Assembly: GCA_951406725.2 (NCBI GenBank)
Contig: OX597834.1
Span: 6,386,001 to 6,450,000, forward strand
Reading direction: 5' to 3'
Source: Octopus vulgaris
Taxonomy: Eukaryota
DNA: 64,000 nt
In this document: positions 26,958-41,649 of the stretch, piece after piece
Layout of the letters: each line of letters opens with the position of its first letter
Numbering within the stretch: position 1 is the first letter of the stretch
The notes under the pieces: generated by a model
What the model was told of the DNA's origin: nothing
Seen by the model: only the letters and a program-made list of their open reading frames with translations
Database searches by the model: none
Program-made: the position numbers and the translations under genes

Positions 26958-27370
26958 AGCAGGAGTGGCTGTGTGGTAAGTAGCTTGCTTACCAACCACA
27001 TGGTTCCGGGTTCAGTCCCACTGCGTGGCACCTTGGGCAAGTGTCTTCTACTATAGCCTCGGGCCGACCAATGCCTTGTCGTGGATTTGGTAGACGGAAA
27101 CTGAAAGAAGCCTGTCGTATATATGCATGTATATATGTATGTGTGTATATTTTTGTGTGTCTGTGTTTGTCCCCCTAGCATTGCTTGACAACCGATGCTG
27201 GTGTGTGTTTGCATCCCCGTAACTTAGCGGTTCGGCAAAAAGAGACCAATAGAATAAGTACTGGGCTTCCAAAAAGAATAAGTCCCGGGGTCGATTTGCT
27301 CGATTAAAAGGCGGTGCTCCAGCATGGCCGCAGTCAAAATGACTGAAACAAGTAAAAGAGTAAAAGAGTA
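26958..27370 (+). mobile_element. SINE-A
   Basis: Full-length, followed by (GAT)n at 27373-27467. Confidence 0.9.
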
Positions 27371-27403
27371 ACGATGATGATGATGATGATGATGATGATG
27401 ATA

Positions 27404-27469
<66 letters not shown>

Positions 27470-27879
27470 GCTACTGCTGATGTTGTCGTGGTTGTTTATT
27501 ATTCCAGCTTTGAATATGGAATTCTTTGTTTTGTTTCCGTCTTCATAATCTCTCCCCAACGCCACCTTTTGAAAAGAAAATGCTAAATCTATTCTTCTTA
27601 TATTAAATACAAAGTTTGACATTCATGTAGAAAATTAATTTTGTATATTGACATAATCAGCATCACTTTTTATTCATTTGTTTTGGAAAACTGAAAGCAA
27701 AATTGACAAAGCGAAGAGGGAAAATGTCAGGTTCAACTTTATTGCCTATTGCTTATTAATTTAATGCTATTCAAGGCAATTTAATCATTCATACACTTGA
27801 ACACAAATACATGTGTATACGCTCAGACAGGCTAAACATATACGGATACTTATATAAACACTCACGAATACATGTGTGT

Positions 27880-28350
<471 letters not shown>

Positions 28351-28811
28351 TCTGTATTTGCCACAGACACACATGCAAAACCATATATATATGTAGGATG
28401 GGCTTATTTTTGTTTCTGTCGACCAAATGTATACACAAGGTTTTGGTTAGCCTGCAGCTGTAGTGGAAGACACTTACTAAAGTAGCACACATTGGGACTG
28501 AATTTGGAGCCATGGGGCTGGGAAACAAACCTCTTAACCACACAGCCAGCTCTGCCCCTTTACACAGGGTTCAGGGGCTAAACTTTGAAGGTTACATATA
28601 AGGAAAAGGAAACAATAACCCATCTCAAAATATAAGTATTTTTGAAAAATCAAAAGTTATCAAAAATATTATGGCTGGGAGATAACAGCTTGCTCATAGT
28701 AGCCACCCTCAGCTTCCACCAACGTCTCTAGACGACTCTGGAACCTGGTACATGCATTCCCCACTGTATCACTGTTAAGGTCTTTGGAAACCTCCTTGGT
28801 CTTGGCCACCA

Positions 28812-29412
28812 GGCGGCGAGCTGGCAGAAATGTTAGCATGCCGGGCTAGATGCATAGCCGTATTTCGTCTGCCGTTACGTTCTGAGTTCAAATTCTGCCG
28901 AGATCGGCTTTGCTTTTTATTCTTCCAGGGTCGATAAATTAAGTACCAGTTACGCAATGAGGTCGATGTAATCAACTTAATCCGTTTGTCTGTACTTATT
29001 TGTCCTCTCTGTGTTTAGCCCCTTGTGGGTAGTAAAGAAACAGGTATTTCGTCCGCCGTTACATTCTGGGTTCAAATTCCGCCGAGGTCGACTTTGCCTT
29101 TCATCTTTTGGGATCGATAAATTAAGTACCAGTTATGCACTGGCGTCGATGTAATCGACTTAATCCGTTTGTCTGTCCTTGCTTGTTCTCTCTGTGTTTA
29201 GCCCCTTGTGGGTAGTAAAGAAATAGGTATTTCGTCTGCCGTTATGTTGTGAGTTCAAATTTCACCGAGGTCCACTTTGCCTTTCATCCTTCCGGGGTCG
29301 ATAATTTAAGTACCAGTTACGCACTGGGGTCGATGTAATCGACTTAATACGTTTGTCTGTCCTTGTTTGTCCTCTCTGTATGTAGCCCCTTGTGGGTAGT
29401 AAAGAAATAGGT
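28812..29412 (+). mobile_element. SINE-B trimer (one head + two headless ~184-bp units)
   Basis: Junctions aaagaaaca|ggtatttcg (~29042) and aaagaaata|ggtatttcg (~29225). Confidence 0.9.
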
Positions 29413-29559
29413 AATGCAAGCAGAATAGTTGGTATCATTCTCAACTGTAGCCTACACATTGTAATCCATGAGATTACAACCAGGAAAATTACAAGGTGAG
29501 AAATTGGGACAGGTGAAGTTGTAGAAATTCTCTGACAACCATTTCTGTCTTATTCCAAA

Positions 29560-29860
29560 AGTATGGCAAGGGGCTGAATTCTTCTACCACATATAAAGCC
29601 TTCTAGCAGTAGCCTTCTCCAGCCAGGGTTTGGCGATGAATTTGGCAATGAATTCTGGCATGTGAACGCCGAGTGGGTCCCTTCTTATTGGCCATGGATT
29701 CATAGTCACTGTTGCAGCTAACCATGCCATATCTCACAGCTTTTGCAGTGTTCACAGAGCATTGAGCAGCTGTAATTACATAAGGATTTTGATGCCTGGT
29801 GTGAATTATTATGATACAGGTAATTCTTTTCCAATATTCCGATGGCTTCTACTCCTCCAT
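29560..29860 (-). mobile_element. Decayed Tc1/mariner-superfamily transposase N-terminus
   Basis: Minus strand MEE*KPSEYWKRI..II..ITAAQCSVNTAKAVR...DYES looks like an HTH-type N-terminus with stops. Family from recall only. Confidence 0.4.
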
Positions 29861-30002
29861 GTTAGCTAAATTTTTATCAACTACATCTTTAATCTTTATG
29901 CTTTAATCTTTATGCTTTTCAACATCGTAGAATTTTTACCAATACACCAAGCTGTTCTTGAAAAAAAAGACATAAAGAATTGTCAAATTTAGTCCAAACA
30001 CC

Positions 30003-30424
30003 CCACACACACACATACACACACACATGCACACACACACACACACACACATGCATACACGCACACGCACACACACATGCACACACATGCACACACACAC
30101 ACATGCACACACACACACACATGAACACACACACACATATGCACACGTGCACACACACATGCACACATGCATACACATGCACATGCATGCACACATGCAC
30201 ACACACACACTCACACACACACACACACATGCACACACACACACACACATGCACACACACACATACATGCACACACACACATGCACACACACACGCATGC
30301 ATACACACACACACATGCACACACACACACATGCACACACACACGCATGCATACACACACACACATGCACACACACACACACATGCACACACACACACAT
30401 ATGCACACGTGCACACACACACAT

Positions 30425-30457
<33 letters not shown>

Positions 30458-30649
30458 CACACATGCACACACACACATGCACACATGCATACACATGCAC
30501 ATGCACGCACACATGCACACACACATGCACACACACACACATACATGCACACACACACACACATGCACACACACACGCATGCACACACACACACACATGC
30601 ACACACACACACTCACACACACACACATGCACACACACACACACACACA

Positions 30650-30680
<31 letters not shown>

Positions 30681-30800
30681 GCACACACACACACACATGA
30701 ACACACACACACATATGCACACGTGCACACACATGCACACACACACACACATGCACACACACACACATGCACACACACACACACATGCCCATGCTCACAC
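30003..30800. repeat. (CA)n/CATG compound microsatellite
   Basis: Seen directly. Confidence 0.97.
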
Positions 30801-31389
30801 ACACGCCAACATGCATGGACCCACATACTTACTTCTATATATGTATATATATTTATGCATATAAATATATTTTTTCCCAAAAAAAACACACTTTTTTTTT
30901 TCTCAAAAAAAAATTAATGTAAGCAAAACAACTTATAATGTTAAATAAAAACCATTTCTGTTTTAAAAATAAATTTATTACTCTCGCATTAGCATTTACA
31001 TTTTGTTTAAGAAAAATCAAAGAGAAACACATAGAAAACAAAAATCAAAGAGAAACACATAAAAAAACAAAAATCATTCCTTCATGAAAATAAATGCTCA
31101 GAACATTTGTACATCACACACACACACACACATACATACACACAAGTAAATACATATATAGGCACAAATGCGTAACGCGCATCCACACAAATAAAATATA
31201 CAAGAACGCGTAAACTGAGATGCAGAATATTCTTCAGTATTGCAGTCTCTATAATAAATCAGTTGCAGAAATCCTAGTTTAAAATATCTTTCTAGCATTT
31301 CAATAATAAACATACATTTTTGGGGGCACATTTTTTTTTGTGTTTTTTTTTAAAGATTATTTTTTTATCATTGTTATCAAGAATACTAT

Positions 31390-31390
31390 T

Positions 31391-31423
<33 letters not shown>

Positions 31424-31482
31424 AACCACCACCACCACCACCACCACCACCACCACTACTACTACTGCTGCTGCTGCTGCTG

Positions 31483-31516
<34 letters not shown>

Positions 31517-31618
31517 ACAGGTTTCTTATTTGTCCACACAGATGCTGTTACCACTGCTCTTAGTGCTCCGGCTGCTGTTGTTGTTGTTGTTGTTTTGTTC
31601 TTCTTATTATTATTATCA

Positions 31619-31656
<38 letters not shown>

Positions 31657-31689
31657 TTATTATTATTATTATTATCATTATTATTACTA

Positions 31690-31778
<89 letters not shown>

Positions 31779-31871
31779 TATTATTATTATCATTATTATT
31801 ATTATTTTATTATTATTATTATTATTATTATTGTTATTGTTATTATTATTATTATTATGACTGTGTTTGTT

Positions 31872-31912
<41 letters not shown>

Positions 31913-31920
31913 CATCATCA
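31390..31920. repeat. Compound trinucleotide tract (TAC, CAC, TGC, TTG, TTA, CAT)
   Basis: Seen directly. Confidence 0.95.
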
Positions 31921-32227
31921 GTTTTATAATATTTAACAATTGTAATGGGAAAAACGATTTTCCCTCTCTTTGAAATGCAATTTATTTAAGCATTACCAAA
32001 TGTAATTTTCTTTGGAACACTTGTAAATAACGACTATAATTACCTAACAAATGCCTGCCCTCGATATCGAAGGTTGACAACAAAATAAAGACTTGTCTTA
32101 TAAACTTTTACAATTTATATATCTAGATGCGTTGCTTTTTCCCACTCAACATGTCTACCATACCTACCTATGCCAAAGACTGAATTCTGCAATAGTAAAT
32201 GAAAAAAATATACTGTGTGGTAAGTAT

Positions 32228-32640
32228 AGACGCAGGAGTGGCTGTGTGGTAAGTAGCTTGCTAACCAACCACATGGTTCCGGGTTCAGTCACACTGCGTG
32301 GCATCTTGGGCAAGTGTCTTCTGCTATAGCGCCAGGCCGACCAATGCCTTGTGAGTGGATTTGGTAGATGGAAACTGAAAGAAGCCTGTCGTATATATGT
32401 ATATATATATATATATATATGTTTGTGTGTATGTGTTTGTGTGTCTGTGTTTGTCCCCCTAGCATTGCTTGACAACCGATGGTGGTGTGTTTACGTCCCC
32501 GTCACTTAGCAGTTTGGCAAAAGAGACCGATAGAATAAGTACTGGGCTTACAAAAGAATAAGTCCTGGGGTCAATTTGCTTGACTAAAGGCGGTGCTCCA
32601 GCATGGCCGCAGTCAAATGACTGAAACGAGTAAAAGAGAA
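32228..32640 (+). mobile_element. SINE-A
   Basis: Full-length. Confidence 0.9.
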
Positions 32641-32752
32641 TGTAGAATCAAATCACACAAATGGAGGTTCAGAAAGGAGAAAATGAAGGGTTTTGTGAAC
32701 AATAAGTAAATTAAAATAAAAGGATTCCAAACATTCTAACAAGTACTTTGAA

Positions 32753-32973
32753 CCCTTTTATTACCAACCCGACTGAAACCACCTCTGGCTCTGTTGTACA
32801 AATGTCTTGTTTTCTTAAGGTTTCAATTAAAATCTCCCACCAAACCTTAGTCACAATTTATGTTCCTAACACTAGCTTAATGATAACTAAGTTATTTTAC
32901 TAAATTCTTTGTTATATTTAAAGTAATTGAAAGAAACACAGAGCATCTCAAAATAAATACAGTAATGAAAGGG
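32753..32973. mobile_element. piggyBac-type MITE
   Basis: TIRs CCCTTTTATTAC / GTAATGAAAGGG, flanked by TGAA and TTAA (TTAA target with one change). Confidence 0.72.
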
Positions 32974-33312
32974 TTAAAGATAGCAGTAACAACAACTATG
33001 GTTACTTTTGCAAAGAGTGAAATGCTGGAATCCATTTGTACATTAGTTTTTGCAAAGTGAAACCTCATTCAAAACAAATTTCTCAAGAAGAATTCTCAGC
33101 CAAAAGGAAATAAATGTTTAAGATAGTTTTTCCTGCATTTTTAAAAACTGAAGACTCAATCAAAACATGGGTTGATATTGTCAGAGAAAAGTCCAATTTG
33201 CACATTAGTATATGGGTCAAAGAAATATCGTAATGAAATGATGCTGACCTATGGAGTGATCATCATCATTTGGTGTTTGTTTTCTATGCTGGCATGGGTT
33301 GGACAGCTTGAC

Positions 33313-33549
33313 AGGAACTGGCAGAATTGTTAGCACACCAGGCGAAATACTTTGCGATATTTTGTCTGCCGTTACGTTCTGAGTTCAAATTCCGCCAAGG
33401 TCGACTTTGCCTTTCATCCTTTTAGGGTCGATAAATTAAGTACCAGTTACGCACTGGGGTTGATCTAATCGACTTAATCCGTTTGTCTGTCCTTGTTTGT
33501 CCTCTCTGTGTTTAGCCCCTTGTGGGTAGTAAAGGAATAGGAACTGGCA
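33313..33549 (+). mobile_element. SINE-B monomer inserted into a minus-strand RTE UTR (33260-33830)
   Basis: Direct repeat aggaactggca at both ends. Confidence 0.8.
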
Positions 33550-34129
33550 AGGTCAGAAACTGCACAGAAAGGTCAGAAACCAGTCGCCCTTCCTAATTCT
33601 AACCACTTTACAAAGTGTACTGGGTGCTTTTTACAAGGCACCAGCACTCACACCAATGCTTTTTACCTGGCACCAGCATCGGTAACTTTAATGTGGTGGC
33701 ACTTCGATTTTAAGATCTCAATTCTGTTGTGGTGGGCGGGTCTTCTCAAGTACAGCAATGCACCACATGTCTCAGTCCTCTGCCATCTCGTTTCTAAGGT
33801 TCAGCGTTTTGAAATCAGCCTTCATGCACCATGCAGCTCTGTGGTTAGTCATCACTCTGTATCAAAGTACGGGTAAGGATTTAAAACAGAGCTTACAAAA
33901 GGTGATATGGTCAAGAGACATCGAAATGGATTTGCAAGTCCTAAAGAGCTCAGAAAGTCACAGAGTCACATCAGAGCTACAATCAAGTGAAGGAACCAAG
34001 AGAAAGGATCATGAGAATGAGAATAAAGGGTCAACATTCTTGTTGCTACATTTTATCACAGTAAGCATCACTTTAGGGTTAATTTCCCTAAAAAATTGGA
34101 GAGATAAGACAAAATAAAAATGAATAAAC

Positions 34130-34258
34130 AACCACATGGTTCCGGGTTCAGTCCCACTGTGTGGTATCCTGGGCAAGTGTCTTCTGCTATAGTCCTGGGC
34201 CGACCAATGACTTGTGAGTGGATTTGGTAGATGGAAACTGAAAGAAGCCTGTCGTATA

Positions 34259-34307
<49 letters not shown>

Positions 34308-34530
34308 ATATGTTTGTGTGTCTGTGTTTGTCCCCCTACCATTGCTTGACAACCGATGCTGGTGTGTTTACGTCCCCGTCACTTAGCGGTTCGGCAAAAG
34401 AAACCGATAGAATAAGTACTGGGCTTACAAAGAATAAGTCTCGGGGTCGATTTGCTCGACTAAAGGAGGTGCTCCAGCATGGCCGCAGTCAAATGATTGA
34501 AACAAGTAAAAGAGTAAAAGAGTAAAAAGA
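34130..34530 (+). mobile_element. SINE-A (5'-truncated)
   Basis: Match to the family. Confidence 0.9.
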
Positions 34531-34637
34531 AACAAATAAAGAAAAATAAAGGGAGTGGGGTTGGAGTGGGGGGAAACAAAAACAATGAAGGTCAACTGAG
34601 ATAGTAAAAAAAAATTAAGAAAGCCCACTTTCTAGAT

Positions 34638-34856
34638 CAGTACTTTTCAAACTATTTGCTGGAGCGGAACCCCAAGGAAACATTCCACTGGCTCGAGGAA
34701 CCCCTGTGCAATAATTTAATAGTCTTATGCACACATATCTGCACAGGAGAATTATAAATTACTGTCGATTTTAGCATGTTTGTAACTTCTTGCGGAACCC
34801 CTGGACTGTACTGGCGGAACCCTAAGGTTCCGCGGAACCCTGGTTGAAAACCACTG
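34638..34856. mobile_element. hAT (Charlie-type) MITE
   Basis: TIRs CAGTACTTTTCAA / TTGAAAACCACTG, perfect 8-bp TSD TTCTAGAT at 34630-34637 / 34857-34864, subterminal GGAACCC repeats. Confidence 0.9.
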
Positions 34857-35431
34857 TTCTAGATGGACAGAAATTACTTTATGTCTAGTAATAGAAGTAG
34901 AGGAGAAAACAGCTTTCCACCTGACTTTAGTAATCTGTTCTTGTACCATTCTGTTGTTACATGATATGAAAGAAATGATAGCCGCAGATAAAAGTCTACA
35001 AACTGTTGGATAATACATCGAAGGAAGATGAAGAAAAAGAAAAAAGCAGTTTAGTATAAAACCTCAAAAATGATGAAGAAGAACTATTTCTTCTGAACAA
35101 TAATTATATCTCACCACAGGAAAATGATGAGAATAATGAAAAGGTTGAAGATGAACTAAGATTCACCACCCTTCAAACAACCAGACAAAATCTCTAAGTT
35201 ATTCATGAAGATCGCATGATTTAGAGAGTAGTAGGTGGGGTGGTGGGGGTTCTTTTTGAAGATGGAGGTGTGTGAGACAATAAAATGTATGATATATTTG
35301 CAGTTAAACAATGAGACAGTCTAATGTAAGAGAGAAACTGTTTATGAAATTGAAATGAATTTTATAAAATCTAATGGAATTTAAGTACATAACAGGTGGA
35401 TGCAGGAGGTATTTCATATTCACACACACAC

Positions 35432-35767
<336 letters not shown>

Positions 35768-36203
35768 TATTGGCATTAAAACTCTTATCATTCTTACAAT
35801 AAAAATCAAATGGCTACGTTCTAAGGTCTGCAACTACTAGAGACATTATTGTGACCCACAATTTCTCTGTGAATGACCTTAAGATTTATACTAAAAATGT
35901 TAACAATACCCAAAAAATGCCTGGAGTTGATAACAATATTTTCAGTCGACATACGAATGGAATCCCCACTCCCACAAAAAAGCGAATAAATAAATAAATA
36001 AATGTTCATATTTGAATGTTGAACATGAAAAATCAGTCCTGCAAACCAAAACCCTGAGCAACAACAGTTTCTGTATCTCTCCTGTTCCACACAAGTAATT
36101 CTACAAATACCTAGGTATTGGTGAAAACATATGATAAGATGTTATGAATAAAAATAGAGTGACTTGAGAATATTATACCAGAATTGGAGGCCTGTTGTGT
36201 ATG

Positions 36204-36239
<36 letters not shown>

Positions 36240-36860
36240 TATATGTATATGTATGTAAAAGGGCACCATTCGAGCATGATTGTTACCAACGTCGCCTTAC
36301 TGGCACCTGTGTTGGTGGCATGTGTAAAAAGATTCGAACGAGATCATTGCCAGTACCACCTGACTGGCCCCTGTGCCGGTGGCACGTAAAAGGCACCCAC
36401 TACACTCTCAGAGTGGTTGGCATTAGGAAGGGCATCCGGCTGTAGAAACTCTGCCAGATCAAGATTGGAGCCTGGTGCAGCCATCTGGTTTGCCAGCCCT
36501 CAGTCAAAACCGTCCAACCCATGCTAGCATGGAAAGCAGACGTTAATCGATGATGATGATGATTTGGAAAATATGGTAGTCGAAAATCTCTCATCTTACC
36601 ACAAGAAAATATCCCACAATGCATTTGCAGTAACAATGCTTTTGGAATACTTGATGACTTGTACAGGAAATTCACTCCGCAAACATTAAGACCTACAAGA
36701 TCCTGACATTAGCTGGAATCTTCCAAAGAAATAATGCTATCAATAGGCTCTACCTAAGAAGAGATGAAAGAGGTAGAGGCTTGACATGAGTACAGACAGC
36801 TCTCAAGTAGCAGCAAAAATAGATACACAAATTTGGCACTGAAAAGTGAAGAGAACAACA
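35768..36860 (+). pseudogene. Decayed R4/Dong-type reverse transcriptase fragment, interrupted by an RTE UTR copy (~36190-36563)
   Basis: VTHNFSVNDLKIY (decayed FVDDLK), YKYLGIGENI, SHNAFAV and INRLYLRRDERGRGL motifs occur in the expected order. Confidence 0.75.
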
Positions 36861-36894
36861 TCTTATGTGTCAGCATAAGATATCTTATGATATA

Positions 36895-37289
36895 CTAGCA
36901 GTATCACCCGGCGTTGCTCGGGTTTGTAAGGGAAATAACTATATAAGCATTTTTAGAGATGTAAAGTATAATAGCCATCTCAATATGGCTAACCACAAAG
37001 GTGGGGTGTTACTATAGCTTTTTACGTTCTGAGATTTAATAATAAATTTTTAGAGAGTTACTTCCCTTATATATGCCAAAAATGCATTAAAAAAGGGAAT
37101 AAATAATGGTAAATTTTTTTAAAATCGTAGACTCATCCTAGACGCGCGCTAATACCCAGAAGGGCTCGATATGAATCACGACTATAAGATACCCGGTTTT
37201 GGTTAAACTGCACCACAAAATGTGGGAGTAGTTAGGAATCTAAATCGTAGGAGACGGACAGCACACAACCTTACTTTTATATATAAAGA
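36895..37289 (-). mobile_element. Non-autonomous Helitron, 395 bp, both ends intact
   Basis: Minus strand: A|TCTTTATATATAAAAG ... CCCGAGCAACGCCGGG hairpin, TGATACTG-CTAG|T. Inserted in AT with no TSD. Confidence 0.9.
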
Positions 37290-37497
37290 TTTTCAATAGA
37301 AACGTGGAAGTTTTGGGTGTGACTTTTGCATAGGAATCTTTTGACAGAAAAAGCATCAACATAGAGGTGTTCTTTAACCAGTATGTGTAATTGCCCAATG
37401 GTATTCCTGCTGTAGAATTCTTTCTGTTAGCCAAACATGATTTTATACACCATATAAATATATAATTTCAACATTGATCAGGCACCAGGCAATGTAT

Positions 37498-37965
37498 ATA
37501 TAATAATATAATAATAATAATGAAATTATTGTATACAGTGCTCAGGTGCACCACAACTTGTCAAAAAGTGCATATAAAGTACATGCAGTAATGTAGAAAT
37601 GTCTGGAAAGCGAACAATGTATGAGTCAGATACATGCCTGTGTGTGTATGGAGGGGAGAAAATCAGGTGTAGTGTTGGCGAATCTCAGGAAGCATGGAAG
37701 TTTTGAAGGATGCAGTGCTCAGACAACTAACAACTGATGCCGGCAGTTTGTTCCATGCTTCAGCAACTCTCAGCGTGAAAAAATGTTTACTGAAGTCATG
37801 GGAACTGTGCTGTTTTCTTACTTTGTAAATATATCCACGGGTGTTAGATGGGTGGAGTTTGAAAAGGTGCTCAGAGTTATTGTTTGTACGATGGTTGATA
37901 ATTTTATGGGTGTCTGCCAAGTCAGCTGCCAGACGTCGGAGTTTCAATGTGTCCATGCACAGGGA
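37498..37965 (-). mobile_element. CR1/L2-type LINE 3' fragment
   Basis: TLKLRRLAADL..HKII..NTRGY..KHFFTLRVAEAWNKLP. 3' UTR matches 1-264. Confidence 0.88.
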
Positions 37966-38484
37966 CATATATTTATAGTATTGATTATGACAAAGACATA
38001 TTGCCAACTTATAAACATAATTTATTGCTATGTTATTGACAAAGTTTCAAGAAATACAGGTAGGGTCAATCTTATATGAACATCATGTTTTACAGGTGCT
38101 GGACTCTTTCAAAAGATAATTGATGATTAGGCTGATTTTTCACTTCACTGAAATTACATATAGCTGTGTTGATTCTTCAACCATCTTCAGGTTGGGTATA
38201 AAGCTGTGAAAACAGCTATTTGGAGAATCATGCTGGTTTAAGCATGAAGTTGTGAAAACAGCTATTAAGTGAGAGGAATTCACCTGGGACCAAATTCAAC
38301 GAAATCTGAATTTGCTCTGCTTCCTTGCATCAAAAGCCTCTGTATTTAAGGCCTTTATTGAAGGAAAATTCTAGAACTTATCAGGTGAACAAAAAGTTCT
38401 GATTGGCTGAAACAGGGTCTGCAAGCATAATAAACTCATGGTTTAAGTGTGGCCAGAAATGGAGTTGAAATCAACTTCCATATA

Positions 38485-38872
38485 TCTCTTTCTCTTTTAC
38501 TTTTTTACTTGTTTCAGTCATTTGACTGCGGCCATGCTGGAGCACCGCCTTTAGTCAATCAAATCGACTCCAGGACTTATTTTTTGTAAGCCTAGTACTT
38601 ATTCTATCAGTCACTTTTACCGAACCACTAAGTAACAGGGACGTAAACACACCAGCATCGGTTGTCAAGCGATGTTGGTCGGACAAACACAGACACACAA
38701 ACATATACACACACATACATATATACGACAGGTTTCTTTCAGTTTCCGTCTACCAAATCCACTCACAAGGCTTTGGTCGGCCTCGAGGCTATAGCAGAAG
38801 ACACTTGCCCAAGATGCCACGCAGTGGGACTGAACCCGGAACCATGTGGTTGGTTAGCAAGCTACTTACCAC
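38485..38872 (-). mobile_element. SINE-A
   Basis: Match to the family. Confidence 0.9.
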
Positions 38873-39560
38873 ACGTACAATTTATTTTCATATCATATAC
38901 CATGAAGCTCATTGCTAAGTACAATCATCATATACATGGGTATGTCAGTCTTAGTGTTATCATGACATACATGAGTATAAGAATATTTGTTTGTAAAGTC
39001 CATACATGGGGGAGGTAACTAATGTTCAAAATATGAGTCTCTGACATGCATCCAGATACACTGTTTAACAGACTCTTGTCAATAGGGAAATACATCTGCC
39101 ATCTCAGTGAGTGTCTTCAATCGCAGATTGACAGGATACCATTTCCTCGAAAGAAAGAGTAGCTGGATTATTTGCTGTTCACACATGAAAAACAAAAAGT
39201 TAACAGCTAGATTCCTCCATTAGATCAACACATGTGCATTCTTCTTTCATTGATCTGAGTTAGGAAAAATCTTAGAATATAATAATAGAGAAAATAAATG
39301 AATCATTATGCTTAGCCAGTGAATAATCCAAGTGTCTCCACTTGCCTATTCTTATCAATATAATAGCTTCTTCTGTGTTTGGCTGCGGGTTTTCTATTAA
39401 ATTTTATGCTTTTGCGTCCGTTGTATATAAAAGCTTGGACATTAGTAGAAAACGTCAGTTTCATCGCTGTTGGAAGCAATATATACAACATAAGGGACCC
39501 CATATTTTAACACTTGCCTCCCATGTGTAATAGTTGTTACTCCTGTGAAACAGAATGAAT

Positions 39561-39946
39561 GGTGATGGAAGCACTCCGTCGGTTACGACGACGAGGGTTC
39601 CGGTTGATCCGAATCAACGGAACAGCCTGCTCGTGAAATTAACGTGTAACTGGCTGAGCACTCCACAGACACGTGTACCCTTAACGTAGTTCTCGGGGAT
39701 ATTCAGCATGACACAGAGAGTGACAAGGTCGGCCCCTTGAAATACAGGTACAACAGAAACAGGAAGTAAGAGAAAGTTGTGGTGAAAGTGTACAGCAGGG
39801 ATCACCACCATCCCCTGCCGGAGCCTCGTGGAGCTTTTAGATGTTTTCGCTCAATAAACACTCACAACGCCCGGTCTAGGAATCGAAACCGCGATCTTAT
39901 GACCGCGAGTCCGCTGCCCTAACCACTGGGCCATTGCGCCTCCACC
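39561..39946 (-). mobile_element. SINE-C, full length, tail T1
   Basis: tRNA-Arg-like head GGCGCAATGGCCCAGTGGTTAGGGCAGCGGACTCGCGG...GGTTTCGATTCC. TSD acagaatgaat at 39550-39560 / 39947-39957. Confidence 0.9.
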
Positions 39947-40149
39947 ACAGAATGAATATAATGGTTTCAAATTTTTGGCACAAGGCCAGCAGTTCTGGAA
40001 GAGTTAGGTAAGCTGATTACATTGACCTTGGTGCTAACAGGAAATGGAACAGGATTACAACGTATGTCCCTTGTTGACCTTGTTAGAAGGATAACACTAT
40101 GAGACAACATTTTGCAAAGGCTTGGTAAGTATCACCGCTAGTGAGGACA

Positions 40150-40333
40150 CACTACCCTGGACTGACGACGGGCAAGACCCAGAAACATGCTGGTGAGGGT
40201 GCTTGCCTCCCCTTTGCAAATATAAGAACACAGGAAATGTGTCAAAGCCGACAGGAAGCGTCGATGCTTCCTAGGGTTAAATAGCGATGGTGTAATCCCC
40301 TCTATGGGACTGTCACGTTATGTTGACTTTATA
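40150..40333 (+). mobile_element. Penelope-like fragment with broken hammerhead
   Basis: CTGACGA-CGGGCAAGACCCA-GAAACATG, cleavage site deleted. Homologous to the reverse of 59385-59562. Confidence 0.6.
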
Positions 40334-40499
40334 CAACCACTCTATCGCTCCACCACCACTCATGTCTCTCTGAGACATTTAGAAATTCAATATTTCTAAC
40401 ATTTTTATTGTTTTTCGTTTTTGGTCAGTAAGAGTAATTTCCGTCAAACTTTGCTTTCCTGACCTGGACACCAATGTTTTGAAATTAACCTATTTTCCT

Positions 40500-41097
40500 T
40501 ATTTCTTTATTGCCCACAAGGGGCTAAACATAGAGGGGACAAACAAGGACAGACAAAGGGATTGAGTCGATTACATCGACCCCAGAGCATAACTGGTACT
40601 TAATTTATCGACCCCGAAAGGATGAAAGGCAAAGTCGACCTCGACGGAATTTCAACTCAGAACGTAGCGGCAGACGAAATACCTATTTCTTTACTACCCA
40701 CAAGGGGCTAAACATAGAGGGGACAAACAAGGACAGACAAAGGGATTGAGTCGATTACATCGACCCCAGAGCATAACTGGTACTTAATTTATCGACCCCG
40801 AAAGGATGAAAGGCAAAGTCGACCTCGACGGAATTTCAACTCAGAACGTAGCGGCAGACGAAATACCTATTTCTTTACTACCCACAAGGGGCTAAACATA
40901 GAGGAGACAAACAAGGACAGACAAAGGGATTGAGTCGATTACATCGACTCCAGGGCATAACTGGTACTTAATTTATTGATCCCGAAAGGAAGAAAGGCAA
41001 AGTCGACCTCAGCGGAATTTGAACTCAGAACGTAACGGCGAACGAAATACCGCAGAGTATTTTGCCCGGCATGCTAACGATTCTACCAGTTCACCAC
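40500..41097 (-). mobile_element. SINE-B trimer, 184-bp period
   Basis: Unit ends at 40500, 40684 and 40868. Single head at about 41050-41097. Confidence 0.92.
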
Positions 41098-41618
41098 ATT
41101 ATTAATTGACCTAATTTCCATTAAACTTTGGACAGATTCAGTGCTGGGTTATATTGTTACAGCAAATATTCTGCTCAATACCACAGGTTTGCTGGTCAAT
41201 TTTTTTTACCTTAACCACTTGATCATGTCCCTTAGTAGCTGACAATATGTGCATCTCTGATCATGAGGAGTAATGGTGGTGGTGGGGGGCATCATAACCA
41301 TGTGTTGAAAGGAATTCTTTGGGTTTGAATAAGTGTAGCAAAAAGAAAGTTTGGAAGAAATATTAACCATTTTTCATACTTTCTAGGAGTAAGCAAAACA
41401 TTTGCTATCCAAAGACAAAAATTGCATTACAGAGTGTAATTAATTCTTTAGCATTTAATCTGGCTGTACCTGGCCCAAATATTTTATCTGATTTTTTGTC
41501 AAAACTGACCAAATCCAACCTCTTACTACTGTCTAATGATACTGACAAGTGAATCACTTTTCAGGGGTTGCACCATGGTTATTCTGATATAAAACGGAGA
41601 ATAAATATAATAGTAATA

Positions 41619-41649
<31 letters not shown>

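Noticed and set aside
38155-38200. Hammerhead-like CTGAAGA hairpin on the minus strand (also 49125-49156 on plus)
   Set aside because: One of the two core boxes is missing or corrupted and stem I cannot be formed.
39870-39946. tRNA-Arg-like gene (also tRNA-like heads at 58700-58770 and in SINE-A)
   Set aside because: SINE heads: continuous with SINE body and TSD, imperfect cloverleaf, no Pol III terminator after the head.
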